Made by a program: the position numbers and the translations under genes
Assembly (NCBI GenBank): GCA_023213395.1
Contig: CM041465.1
Location: forward strand, 173,421,741-173,485,740
DNA: 64,000 bases
Direction of reading: 5' to 3'
DNA from: Cycas panzhihuaensis
Taxonomy: Eukaryota > Plantae > Cycadophyta
Shown: piece by piece, positions 27,901-39,410 of the stretch
How the letters are laid out: every line of letters starts with the position of its first letter
Position numbering within the stretch: the stretch's first letter is position 1
Notes under the pieces: generated by a model
Databases searched by the model: none
The model's input: only the letters and a program-made list of their open reading frames with translations
Told to the model about the DNA's origin: nothing

Positions 27901-29811
27901 CTATTTCAAATGTGGAGGAAAGTGGAATAAAGAACACTAATATCCAACGAAGAAGGTATTTATGATCTATGACGAAGTGGAATACTAGGTAAAGAACAAG
28001 AAGAAGTAAACCAGATCCAAGAGGAGGAAGCAGACATAGATGAACTTTTAGAAGTAGATACTAAAAATGTCTAAATTTTGCTACAAGTCATAATAAGACA
28101 AAGTGTTACACCCCAAACCCTTAGGTTCTAAGAGATGAGTAAGTGGTAGCATTCATAACTTTATTAATAGGGCTACAACAAAGATGTTAAGACTAAAAAT
28201 ACAATCTTTAAATACATTTCAAATGTCCATAGCAAAAATACAAGCCACTCCTTATGGAGGCTAGTGTCAGAAGATGAATCTCTAAATCAGAGACTATTCA
28301 ATAAATACATGTATGTTTGTGATGCCTATAGGATGAGTAGACGCAATCTTGGGAATTCAGTGGTTATAGACCTTGGGTAATATAGTTACTAACTATATGA
28401 GCTAATTCATATGCTTCCATCAGAAAGGACACATACAGATTATAAGCACTACCCACACCCCCAGTACAACTGATATCTTCGCATTGCATGAAAAAAACAT
28501 TGAAGAAGAATCCATCTGCATATATATTGACTTGTTATAAGATAGCGATAGAAAATGTACCAACTGATATACAAAAGATCATAGATGAGCATAAAGCAAT
28601 ATTCGAAGAACCCTAAGGGCTTCCTCTGCAACAAGATTGTCAACACTCCATTGAACTAGTACTTAGAGCACTCCCAGTAAATATTTGACCCTACAGACAC
28701 CCTTATCATCTGAAGAGAGATTGAAAATATCACAAGGGAATTACTAAGTCAATGATACATCGCAACTTGTTCAAACCCATTTATATCATCGATCATAGTT
28801 AATTCAAAAAATGGTGGATCATATCAAATGTGTATAGACTACCAAGGGTTGAATAAATTAACGGTAAAGAATCGTTATCTTATTCTATAGATAGATAATT
28901 TATTAGATGAAATACACAGAGCATAATATTTCTCAAAAATCGACTTACAATCAAAAGATTATTAAATTTGCATCAGAGAGAAAGAAGAGAAGATTATCTT
29001 TGAACTATAAGAGATTTTACAGATAAGAACAAATGAACTACGATCTAAAAAGATCAATGAATACTCCATTAAATGGAAAACTTTAGATTTAGATGACGTA
29101 ACGTGGGAATAAAAAGAATGGATACAACACCACCAAAATTTATTCATGTTTTGAGATAAAACATGTTTTAAAGGGAACAAACTTATAGCATCCTAAAATA
29201 TGGTCAAAACTATACCATGTAACCATTCAAATCAAAGGTCTTTGAACCAGGATTTCAACAGTTCAGATGAAAGTCAATTCTAACATCTATAACAAAAGCT
29301 ATGACCATTTGAAGGTTTCAACCTACCGATTTTAAGGGATAGTTATGACTGACTTCCATTATTTGTTTTACGCAGTTTATACCCTTTTTATGGTTGACTT
29401 ATATTAACATCTTTGACTGCTTATTTAAAGAGGATTTAAGGCCTTATTTGGACATCTCAAAACTGAATTTAAACTGCTGTAAAATTAACCTTAAAGCTGC
29501 TATTTACTTGCACTTAGGGTTGCACTATTTGAAAGAAATCTTGTCTCAAATAGGATAACAATAATAAGAACATTTTGACATCTATATTATCTAGTTTCTA
29601 ATCATTCTCTACCGATATGCATCATTGTCATTACAAATAGATTTTAATTATATTTTAGAAGTATTATTTTTTTTGTCCTAGTTCTTTTCATCTCCAATCT
29701 GTGTCCAGAAGTCTGAGACATGTTATCAAAGCACTTCATACTTCCAACATAGTTGTTACTTTCAAAGGATTTTTCCAAGAGATTTCAAAACACGCAAAAG
29801 TTGTCACTTCA
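24927..29811 (+). mobile_element. Tandem of non-autonomous Gypsy deletion derivatives (TR-GAG-like): partial internal - LTR - gag/PR internal - LTR
   Basis: 628-bp LTRs at 26202-26829 and 29184-29811. PBS tggtattagagc at 26832-26843 and a PPT before each LTR. Gag at about 26950-27950. 24927-26201 duplicates 27950-29183, and both copies jump from the RT N-terminus (FSKIDLRSRYYQI) to the chromodomain region. Confidence 0.88.
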
Positions 29812-32234
29812 AAATAACTGGCAATCAATTTTTATAGAGTTTAGTTTATCATACATTGAAAAGCATCTATGAGATTCTCATTTTTTCCTCGTTCAATAGG
29901 TGTTTAAGTATTTATTCAACTTTTTAATAAACATTTGAAGATGTTTGGATTTTAATCATTTTGCAACTAGTGAAATAGAAAATTTGGCATTTGGTTATCA
30001 AATACAATTTACAACAAACTAGAGGCAACTTAATATTGTTTTCTAATCATAGATCATTTCTTAAATATAGAGCATATCACCAAAAGCATGGTTGCTTAGA
30101 CAACTTTTCCACTCCATTAACTAAATTATTATATCTAATTGTCAATTTTCTTAATAGGTATAAGGAAATTGAGTTGAATATTTTATTGCACACATAGACA
30201 CATTCGCCTTGCATTCCCTAATAACATGGTGTATTTTAGCCTTCCATTGAGCATTTGTACTTTTTTAGACTTTACTGAAACAAATTTGTGAGCTAAATCT
30301 CATTGCATTGGATGTATCAACTTAATATCCCCCAAATACTATCTTTTAATTTGATTGCGAATTTGAAGCAACTTCACAAAAATATAGCTTTTTGATTTGT
30401 AGATTGCTTTACATCTGTAGAGCATATGGTTTGAATCATATTGTTGAAATATTCATTAATTGCATGGTTGCATTAACCTAGACAATTGTTTTCGGAAGGA
30501 TTGGGTGTTGCATTGAACATTTTATCATGCATGCAAATAATTCCATAGCATTTTCTCATCTTACATTGTGTCAACTTTAATGAGGATTTGGCCATTGGCT
30601 CAACCTTCACTCAACATTTAACATGTTCTAAGTATGGATTGTCAAAATGTTAGCAATTCCACCTTCATTGCTCATTAAGCATAAGTCATCTGCTTACACA
30701 AATATACGAATATGTATATATCTATATATATCTATATAACACCAATAGTAAATAATTACCACAACAACAATCCTTAATGATTTTCATGGTTAAATTCAAT
30801 TTAATAATTCACTTCCCATTTCAAAATAAGTGCACACAATGAAATCTTTCACTCTTTCATATTTTATAATTTAGAAAAAACAATGGTTAAATGTAAAGGC
30901 TGGACATATACATCGCAAGGCAAGCTATATATGGATAGACTCTCTTATTAATGTGAATTTGTTAATGATAGTCTCCATGGTCAGATTTGATTTAAGAATT
31001 TTAGCCCTCTTCTCTTGTTTTAAAAAAAATTGTACATAGTGGAATCCTCCACTCTTTTTTATTCTATAGATTAGAAATGTGGTTGGTTAAACATGGAATG
31101 TTCATGTAGAAAGCTACTATGGTACTATCTAGTGTAGGTTACACATAGATGGACTCTTCTGTTGGTCTCAGGGATTTTTTTTTTTTTTTTTTTTTTTGTG
31201 GCATATAGATAGATAGCAAACAACTCTGTATTTAGTTGTTCGTTATTTTTTCCTACCATCAATGAACCCTTCCATGAATTTTGAAAGGTTGTCCAAGGTT
31301 GACAAATCGTGCAGTACAATATTTATTCTCTTCAAAATATGATCCCATTAGGCAAAGGCATCTGAGAAGTCAATTTGGAAACACTCCCATGGGTTAGGCC
31401 TCCGAAGTATCATTTTCTAAAATCTCAAAAGCTTCCCCCCTCCATGGCCATATGGAAGCCCAACAAACCACCTTTCAGGCCCCTCTGGAGTATGTATTTG
31501 AGATACTTGTAATGCATACATCAATCTATGTGGCAGTACTCCAAGCATTTTTGGCTAACTAATCAAAGAAATGGAAACAAAAATTTAGTTACAAGAAATA
31601 GTTCTATAGGGCTACCATGCAGATACTTCAGAAAAGTGTTCTTTAGCATTTTGAATCAATTCTGTAGTTTGTCAAAATAAAATTTGAAGATTCCTCTCCA
31701 ATTTAAAATTTAGTACAAAACTGAAATGAGGGGCAACTAAAATGAATGCGCATTTATTCTACAGCTCGATGTCCCATGCTTGAATGCAATTCATCCAATG
31801 GCATTCAAATGCTGAAGCCTACCAAACAACCTCTGGACATTGTACAACGAACATCTCCAGGGACACTCTTTCTGCTGAAGTGCACCTTCTCACCATCACC
31901 GCTCAAGGACACAAAAGGTCTACAGCACCAGCTAATGTCTTTAGAGCTTTTAAATGATGATTTAATGATGAACACTCTTAGTTGTGCATCTTCAACACAT
32001 CATAAAATGAATCATAGCCCAAAAGTAGCATCATTAAACAGTTCCTCCCACATTTACATATGCAGGCTCCACATACAATATGCTGTGGCACTAAGATACA
32101 GCCAATGGTAGCCATTCTATAATACAAAATAATGAAGTGCTGGATCCCACTTCAATTAGGACCAGCATGTTAATTTCTATTATACACCTTGGATTTTCAA
32201 CAAGGAACCGGAAAAGGAAAAGACTTTTAAAGAA

Positions 32235-32342
32235 TCAGCACTCAAAAATGCTTTGTGTGCGCATTTGGGGCACCTGCCAGCTACAACCGACGGACCAGCC
32301 AAGGACACCATGAATTTTATCGACACTTGAACAAGCGCTGAC
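32235..32342 (-). CDS. RSH1: RSH1 last coding exon with stop codon
   Basis: tttcag acceptor. 108 nt, encodes VSACSSVDKIHGVLGWSVGCSWQVPQMRTQSIFEC*, matching the RSH1 C-terminal GVLGWSxGCSW...EC motif. TGA at 32237-32235. Confidence 0.92.
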   Translation of the reverse strand, partial: VSACSSVDKIHGVLGWSVGCSWQVPQMRTQSIFEC

Positions 32343-32455
32343 CTGAAAACATCCAACAATTTTTTAAATAAAATGTTACACACAAATGCTCCTAACCGCC
32401 TAACATGAAAGATCAACTACATCAAAAGATAGTAACAATGCTAAAGATATCTTAC

Positions 32456-32524
32456 CATACTTTCTGTACTGCCATCAACATGGAAAAGCATCACCCCTAA
32501 TCCCCTTTTCCGATCAGTTTCAGC
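32456..32524 (-). CDS. RSH1: RSH1 penultimate coding exon (ACT domain)
   Basis: ctgtag acceptor and gtaaga donor. 69 nt, encodes AETDRKRGLGVMLFHVDGSTESM. Confidence 0.92.
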
Positions 32525-32610
32525 CTACAGATATAACAGAAAATTACATATTTGGAAAGGTACCAACCAAAATGTGTTTGCAGGTTACCAAGAGAAAACA
32601 GTTGTCGTAC

Positions 32611-32672
32611 CACACAATCACATATCAAGATCCCAGCTGCTGCAAGTATTGCTGTGACTTCTGCTAGCATAC
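32611..32672 (-). CDS. RSH1: RSH1 coding exon, 3rd from last (ACT domain)
   Basis: ttcag acceptor and gtacga donor. 62 nt completes the phase-1 Gly codon, then MLAEVTAILAAAGILICDCV, giving an ACT-type DRKGMLAEVT motif. Confidence 0.92.
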
Positions 32673-32958
32673 CTGAAGCAGATGAAAAGCATCCCAAACT
32701 GACTAAAGAAAGTAAAATGGTACCAACATGCTTTCTGTGATGTGCTACAAGTGCTCTTGTCCCATCTAAATGATCCACTTTTAATGGTTTAGGTTCATGA
32801 TGCAAATAAAATGCTTTTTAAAATCTAGAAAAGTTGCAGGGGCAAGACGATCAATGTAATTTTGTACATGAAACATAAACAAAATGAAAGTGAACTGCAT
32901 CATATTAAAAGAGCCTTAGCAATTCTTTTGTTAAATAAAAGCCGTATAAAGAGCTCAC

Positions 32959-33421
32959 CCTTTCGGTCACTGCAAGACACACTTAACCACTGAACTGACT
33001 GCCTTTCCAGACTATGCCAAATGGCAACTTTACCAGCTTGCCATGTTTCCAAACCAGCTAGAACTTCCTCATTCATGCCTGTGTTGTTTAGCTTAAAATT
33101 TGTGACTTCATTCCTCAGGAACTCCAAGTCACCATTTGGTTTAAATCTGAGCTCTTCAATTATCTTATTGCATTTTCCATTCACTTTTGGAATTGAACCC
33201 AATTGATTTTGAACAGGCTGGAGATCATAATTTGCTTTTGTCAGGTCAGATTCTCCGACACTTGAACATGTTCTCTTATTCGTTGTAACATTTCCTTGGT
33301 GAAAGGATTTACTAAAGTCATTCTGACCCCCAAGATCAATATCTTCCAGATCAGCAACAAAATCATTCACAGTGTCTGCAGTTATTTCAGCAGCAGACAG
33401 TGCAGCTTGCTCCTTCAGAAA
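32959..33421 (-). CDS. RSH1: RSH1 coding exon, 4th from last (linker and start of ACT domain)
   Basis: ggcag acceptor and gtgagc donor. 463 nt (154 codons +1), encodes FLKEQAALSAAEITADTVNDFVADLE...PKVNGKCNK...EVLAGLETWQAGKVAIWHSLERQSVQWLSVSCSDRK-G. In frame with ORF 32900..33370. Confidence 0.92.
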
Positions 33422-33503
33422 CTGCCAAGAGAATTAAGAGCATGTCAAGTCAGTAACAGTGCTATAAAAATGAAAATACATGACAAATAGGATTGCATTT
33501 TAC

Positions 33504-33590
33504 TTTCATGATCTTATGACGGGCACTTCGAGTCCTTGCATGCTGCAGCCATTGTTGATGCCGCTGGAAAACTGATTTACTTGAGAGAGC
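33504..33590 (-). CDS. RSH1: RSH1 (RelA/SpoT homologue, (p)ppGpp synthetase/hydrolase) coding exon, 5th from last; segment immediately after the TGS domain
   Basis: Acceptor ttacag at 33591 and donor gtaaaa at 33503. 87 nt, phase 0, encodes ALSSKSVFQRHQQWLQHARTRSARHKIMK, which closely matches the plant RSH1 motif ALSSKSAFQRHKQWLQHAKTRSARHKIM as I recall it. Confidence 0.9.
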
Positions 33591-34501
33591 CTGTAACCAA
33601 ATAAGCAATCAACACAGATCAGTACCAACTACTCAGGACAGAAGACCTTTTCTTCTTGGGGATGCCAGTCAATTGCAAACCAATGAACACACTCAGACAT
33701 TCAGTAAATCCTATTATGCCCTAGACATAGTTTCTGCTCCATCATTATGTTACTTGTTAGTATGTTGGGAGTACATTCTGTCATGGAATGTGTTCCATTG
33801 GGAGTGTCCTATGAACAGTTCGGAAACAATGATATGACCACATCCATTTTTTGTACAAAGAAAAGGCCAGCTCTATGTATGCTCATGGTATCCTCATCCC
33901 TCGCATCATCATGCTACCACCCACCTGTATCTAACTCGTATCACAGTCTGCACTGCTTTTTGTCATACTTGAAAGCTTTGTGAATGCCTTCCTTTACAAA
34001 GGAGGCCATGGCATTATCTTAAGCAAGATGTTCTATGTTTACAGATGCCATATGGGCATTTATGACTCTGTTTCTTTCATCAGGATCTGCATTTCAATGC
34101 CTGTTGTTTTAATTTCTGATTTTATTCTTTTATTAGGAGCCATTCACATATTCATGTATATACTTGGATAGGTAGTTTTCCTTCAGCAGATGTGTCTTTG
34201 CTTTTTTATATATATGGAGGGTTTCTTTTGGTGGTGTGTTTTGATAGTCCCATTGATCCCTTCTGGTCATTTGTGGACATTAACATAATTTATTTCTCTT
34301 TTTGGTTTTCTCCTACCCTCAACACATGCAGTTTCCACTTGTCTTAATGCTCCTACAGTAGTTATCACACATGATGAAGTCAGCAATCAATAAAATCTTC
34401 TCTCACTAAATATAGCTAGTAAAATGTTACAACATTTTTATCTATTTGCAAAATGAAGATATGCTACCAGGTTGTGCTATTTCTGTTGTCTTGCAAGTTT
34501 G

Positions 34502-34760
34502 TGTTAAAGTTCGCGGAGCCCTCTCCCCAAATCACCCTGGGGCTTTTGGGTGTATGGTAAACCGTAGTGGTATCAGAGCCGCGATCACGGGTCGACTCCC
34601 CGGGACCCCGACGTATGGGCAAATCCCTGCGCTCGGATGTAAACAGTGGGTCTTAGTCCCACGCCGTGGTGGAGCGGTCTCCGTGACGGGGCCTGTTAAA
34701 GTTCGCGGAGCCCTCTCCCCAAATCACCCTGGGGCTTTTGGGTGTATGGTAAACCGTAGT
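34502..34760 (+). mobile_element. Miniature LTR retrotransposon (TRIM/SMART-like), about 257-259 bp
   Basis: Identical 67-bp direct repeats at 34502-34568 and 34694-34760 starting TGTTAAAG. 13-nt tRNA-iMet PBS TGGTATCAGAGCC at 34568-34580. G-rich gacggggc just before the second LTR. Non-coding, GC- and CpG-rich. Confidence 0.9.
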
Positions 34761-35259
34761 AAGTGAATGTGGAAAATGGGCATTAGGCCACATTAATCCC
34801 AAGATCATAAGTACAATCACAATACTATAAATGCATGAAAGCATAAAGAGCACAAACTGAAATAGGAGCAAGAGAAAATGATACCCAATATGTGGAGTTG
34901 GAATTGGTCCAACCTCCCAAGAAGAAAACAGTTTGATTAGCAAACTGATAGCATAACAATACAGCTCCAACTCTCCTTATGAGACAATGAGGAGAGGTCT
35001 CATTATATAGAGTGAAATGAGAGACCTAAGGCCTTGGATGTTTGACAAGTGTCAAACATCCAAGATACATGACTTGTATCAAGTGCAAAAGTGCATGAGG
35101 GTCCGTTTGACCCTTTAGTGACAACGTTGTGTCACTAGAAAGAATGTGGGTGTGCACTTTATCACTTAAGTGATAAGTCACCCCTAAAGTGAAAGTGCAT
35201 ATATTACATGAAAAATAAAAGTACATTAACTTAACATTTAAACATAAGGTTTAACACCC

Positions 35260-38200
35260 CCTTCATTTACAATGTTAAGTCGGACACCAAGACCATCTCT
35301 AAATTTTACAAATTTGTCTCTACCAAGTGGCTTGGTAAAGATATCTCTGCCGTTGTTCCGTTGGTCGATATTGAAGTGTGATCTCACCACTGTGTACATG
35401 CTCCCTGATGAAATGGTGGTGAACTTCAATATGCTTGGTCCGTCGTGGAAAAGCAGATTCTTAGTTAGCTTGAGGACACTCTGATTGTCACAATGAAGGT
35501 GGGTCGGCTGCTGCTGAAATCCAAGCTCACCAAGAATCCGTCGAAGCCAGATAGCCTCACAAGGCTGATGCGGCCTTTGTATTCTCGCTGGAGGACAAGG
35601 TAACATTTGGTTGCTTCTTGCAACTCCATGAACAATTTCTTGAACCAAGGGTAAAAGCAAGAACCGAGGTAGATTTCACGCTATCTGGCATCCGCCTAAT
35701 CGAATCGAGAACCCTCCAAAGTGAAGTTCTCCTTATGTACATACTCAAGTCCAAGCCGCAATGTTCCTTTGATATACTTGAGTATGCGTTTTCTTTGCAT
35801 TCGATTATCGATTGGGTTGAGACATGTAACGAGAGCAAATCCCAAGCGCAAATGAAATGTCCGGGAGTGTTGGTGAGATAAATCAAGCTACCAATCAACT
35901 GCCGATGAGAGTGGGATCTGTGGTTCGACTTCCTCATTAAGGGAAAGCTTGGTGCCGTTCTCCATGGGTGTAGGCGCCGTCTTGCGATCGTGCATCCCGA
36001 ATCTCGCAAGATGTCCCAAGAATATTTTGCTTGGGAAATGAAGATATAGCTTTCTTTGCCATACCTCAAAGCCTAAAAAATAATGGAGAAGTCCAAGGTC
36101 AGTCATCTCAAAACTTCTCTTCAAATCATCTTGGAGAACATTGATGAGCTTAGTGTCATCACCCGTGATCACTAAGTCATCTACATACAAGGCAATATAA
36201 GTGACATGGTGATGTTCATGTTTGATGTACAAGTTTGGATCAGATGTGGATCGATGAAACCCATGTCTCAGAAAGTATTCATCAATTTTTGCATACCATG
36301 CCCTAGGAGCTTGCTTCAAGCCATACAAAGCCTTCTTGAGGCGACATACCAAATGCTCCTTGCCTTGTTCCTTGTAACCAGGAGGTTGCTCCAAGTATAC
36401 CTCCTCTTGAAGATCGCCGTTGAGGAAGGCGCTCTTCACGTCCATTTGATATCTGACCCATTTGCATTATGCGGCTAAGGCCAAGAGAAGTCTGATGGTG
36501 TTCATGTTTGCTACAGGTGCAAAGGTCTCCTCATAATCAATTCCTTCTTTTTGTTTAAACCCCTTTGCTACAAGTCTCGCTTTTTGTCGCTTGAGTGTCC
36601 CATCAGAATGGAATTTGGTCTTGTAGACCCATTTACAACCGATTGCTGTTTGTGTGGAGGCAATTCGACCAAGTCCCAAGTACCATTCTTGTGAATGGAT
36701 TGAATCTCCTCATCCATGGCGACTTTCCAACTATCACTTTGTGAAGCCTCGAAAGGTAGTAGGCTCATCAATAGAAAGCACTTGACCATAAGTGCAAAGT
36801 TTGTTTCTGCCGAAACTTTGATGGACGCGTTTCCCTTCAATGATGTGACCATCTGCACTGTTTGAGTGTACCACTTAGGTAACCACGAAATGATGTGGCA
36901 TGAACCTCAATATCTTACGGTCTAAGTGTAGGAGCAATGTAAGATGAAGTGGAAGGTTCAAGTGGAGCAAATGAAGATGAAGTAGATGGTACAGAAGGTG
37001 CAGATGAAGAACATGGTGTGTAAGATTGAGGGGAAGGGAAGTCCTCAACAATCTTTTTCCCTTTGTCAATGGGGGGTTGGATTGATGCCATATCCAACTC
37101 TTTTTTATCATCCTCAACAAAGATTACATCTCTTGAGAGATGCATTTTTCTCCCAACTGGATCATACAACTTGTAGGCTTTGCTATGGATTGCATATCCT
37201 ATAAAGATGCATTTTAGGCTATGTTTGTCCAACTTTGTTCTTTGTTAATCTGGTATGTGCATATACGCAGTACACCCGAATGTCCTCAAATGGCTGATAG
37301 TTGGCTTCTTTCCAGACCATGCCTCCTCAGGTGTGATATTGGTGACTGCTGTTGTAGGACTTCGATTGGCCACATAGGCAGCTGTAAGAAATGCTTCGGC
37401 CCAGTAAGCTCTTGCAAGCCCTTTTGCATGCATCATTGTTCTGGCTTTATTAGCCAAAGTTCTATTCATCCTCTCGGATCCTCCATTTTGCTGAGGAGTA
37501 TGAGGAGCTGTGAGTTGTCTCCGAATTCCATTATCCTTGCAAAATTGGTTGAATTCATTTGAAGTGAATTCACCTCCATTATCTGACCTTAATGTGCCAA
37601 TTGAGTAGCCAGATTCATTTTCTACTTCCGCCTTGAACTCTTTGAACTTGGAGAAGGCTTCTGATTTATGCTTTAGGAAGTAGACCCAGACTTTGTGAGA
37701 GAAGTCATCAATAAAAGATATGTAGTACAATGCTCCTCCAAAGGAGTGGGTGGACATGGGTCCACACAAAGTCTGAGTGAACTAATTGCAAAGGATAAGA
37801 TGCACGCCATGCTTTGCCTTTAGGAAAAGGCAGCCGATGTTGTGACCCCATTATGCAAGCTTCGCAAAGACATTTTAAACCATACATCTTTGGAAGCCCA
37901 TATACCATGCGTTTGTATGTCATCTGCTTCAGATTGTCTAGGCTTAAATGTCCTAGACGTTGATGCCATAATTGAATTTTTGACAAAGATGTGGAACCAA
38001 AGTAAGCAGAATTAAGAGTAATATTATTGGCATCCAACTTGTAAAGACCTTGATCCTCATAGGCTATAGCTATGATCTGATCATCTTTGTCACAAATAAT
38101 ACATTTCCCATTTTTAAATAGTACGCTCATGTGTTGCTTGTTCATCGGCTAACGAGAGCGATTCTTCTCCATAGAAGGAATGAAGTAGGCATCACTGTTG

Positions 38201-39410
38201 GGAAATGATGAGGAAGGATTTTGAGGAGAATGAAAAGGAGCTATGGTGCCTATTCCTGAAACCTCAACTGATTCAGCATTTTCAAAGGTCACTAAATGAC
38301 CTTTACCTTCCTTGATGTTGCATAGGAGTTCTTCACTCCCTGTCATATGTCGAGTGGCTCCTGAATCGACAATCCAAGTGTTGTCAACCTTGGATGATTG
38401 GTATGCACAAAGTAGTTTGTCGTCATTGGCAAACTGATTATAATGGCGTTGGTAGCCATTTCTTTGACCCCTCCTTGTGGACCTCCTCGATAGGCACCTC
38501 GATTTGGTCGAGGGGGAAACTGCTGCTGATCTATCTGTTGGAACCTCTGTTGAAACTGATGTCGTGGGCATTGATGTCTTTGACCACAGTGGTCTTTCAT
38601 CTTTGACCACATGGTGGTCTTTGTCTTTGAAGATCTGCTTGCTTCTTTCTACACTCAGGTGCAATGTGGCCAGGAATGCCACAATAATGGCATACGACAT
38701 TGGATTTGGAAGATCAATGTTCATATTTCAAACCGCTTTGTGAATGCGGTTTTGGATTTTGATTTGTCTTGGCCCTTCTTTGTGAAAGCACCTGATGTAG
38801 ATGGTTCTTCATTATCCTTAGCATAGATTTGTTCTTCTTGAAGCAATAAGCTTTCAAGTTGATTGACTGTCATCCCCTTTAGTGAACCATCTCGTAGTTG
38901 ATGATATAAAGCCGTTGTAGTCCTTTGGCAATGCTTTTGTGATGGAGGCTATGATTTCATCTCTTGTATGGACTACCTAAAGTAGTTAATTCATTACAAA
39001 CCTCCTTAATAGAGGACATGAATGCCGACATTGGCTTTACAAATTTGATGGAGTACAATTTAGCTTTTATCATCAAAATGCGAGCTTCATCTCGCCTTTC
39101 ATACAAGGAGGACAAGGTGTCCCATGCTTCTTTAGAAGATAGTGCAGAAGTAATATTTTGGTCTACATGTATGTCCACAACCATACGAATGAAAGCCAAG
39201 GCAATTTCGTCTTTGGCCTCCCATGCAAAGAACAAGTTGAACATCCACAGTGCGGGTTGATTATCATTAACCACAAGTGTAGGATTGGGGATTCTTCCAA
39301 ACATATCCCGAACTCATTCATTATCAAGAGATTTTTGTGATTCTTTTCCATTCTTGATAATTTGATTGCCCTGCTAGCCTTATGGTACAAGCATTAAGCA
39401 TATTTATGGC
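35260..39410 (-). pseudogene. Copia gag-pol polyprotein, fragmented by many small indels
   Basis: Gag (KEAWDTLSSLY), protease WIVDSGATRHM, GAG-pre-integrase LWHQRLGH, integrase FIDDFS..LRSDNGGEF..PQQNG, RT MDVKSAFLNG..LYGLKQAPRAW..LYVDDL, and RNase H HCDNQS..DIFTKPL. Confidence 0.93.

Noticed and set aside
31174-31197. Poly-T run as a retroposon tail
   Set aside because: No TSD or SINE/LINE body found, so it is treated as a simple repeat.
32900-33370. Stand-alone 156-aa gene
   Set aside because: It is an internal RSH1 exon read through into the intron. True limits are 32959-33421.
31746-33490. + strand ORFs overlapping or near RSH1 (31746..32111, 32552..32740, 33021..33206, 33296..33490)
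   Set aside because: Antisense shadows or chance ORFs with no recognisable motifs.
34545-34610. tRNA gene
   Set aside because: Only the PBS (complement of the tRNA-iMet 3' end) and a B-box-like motif are present, and I could not build a cloverleaf.
34502-34760. Cassandra element
   Set aside because: No recognisable 5S rRNA-derived segment in the LTRs, which are also too short.
34759-34764. Perfect splice donor GTAAGT at the TRIM/Copia junction
   Set aside because: It is on the + strand, antisense to RSH1, with no supported + strand transcript.
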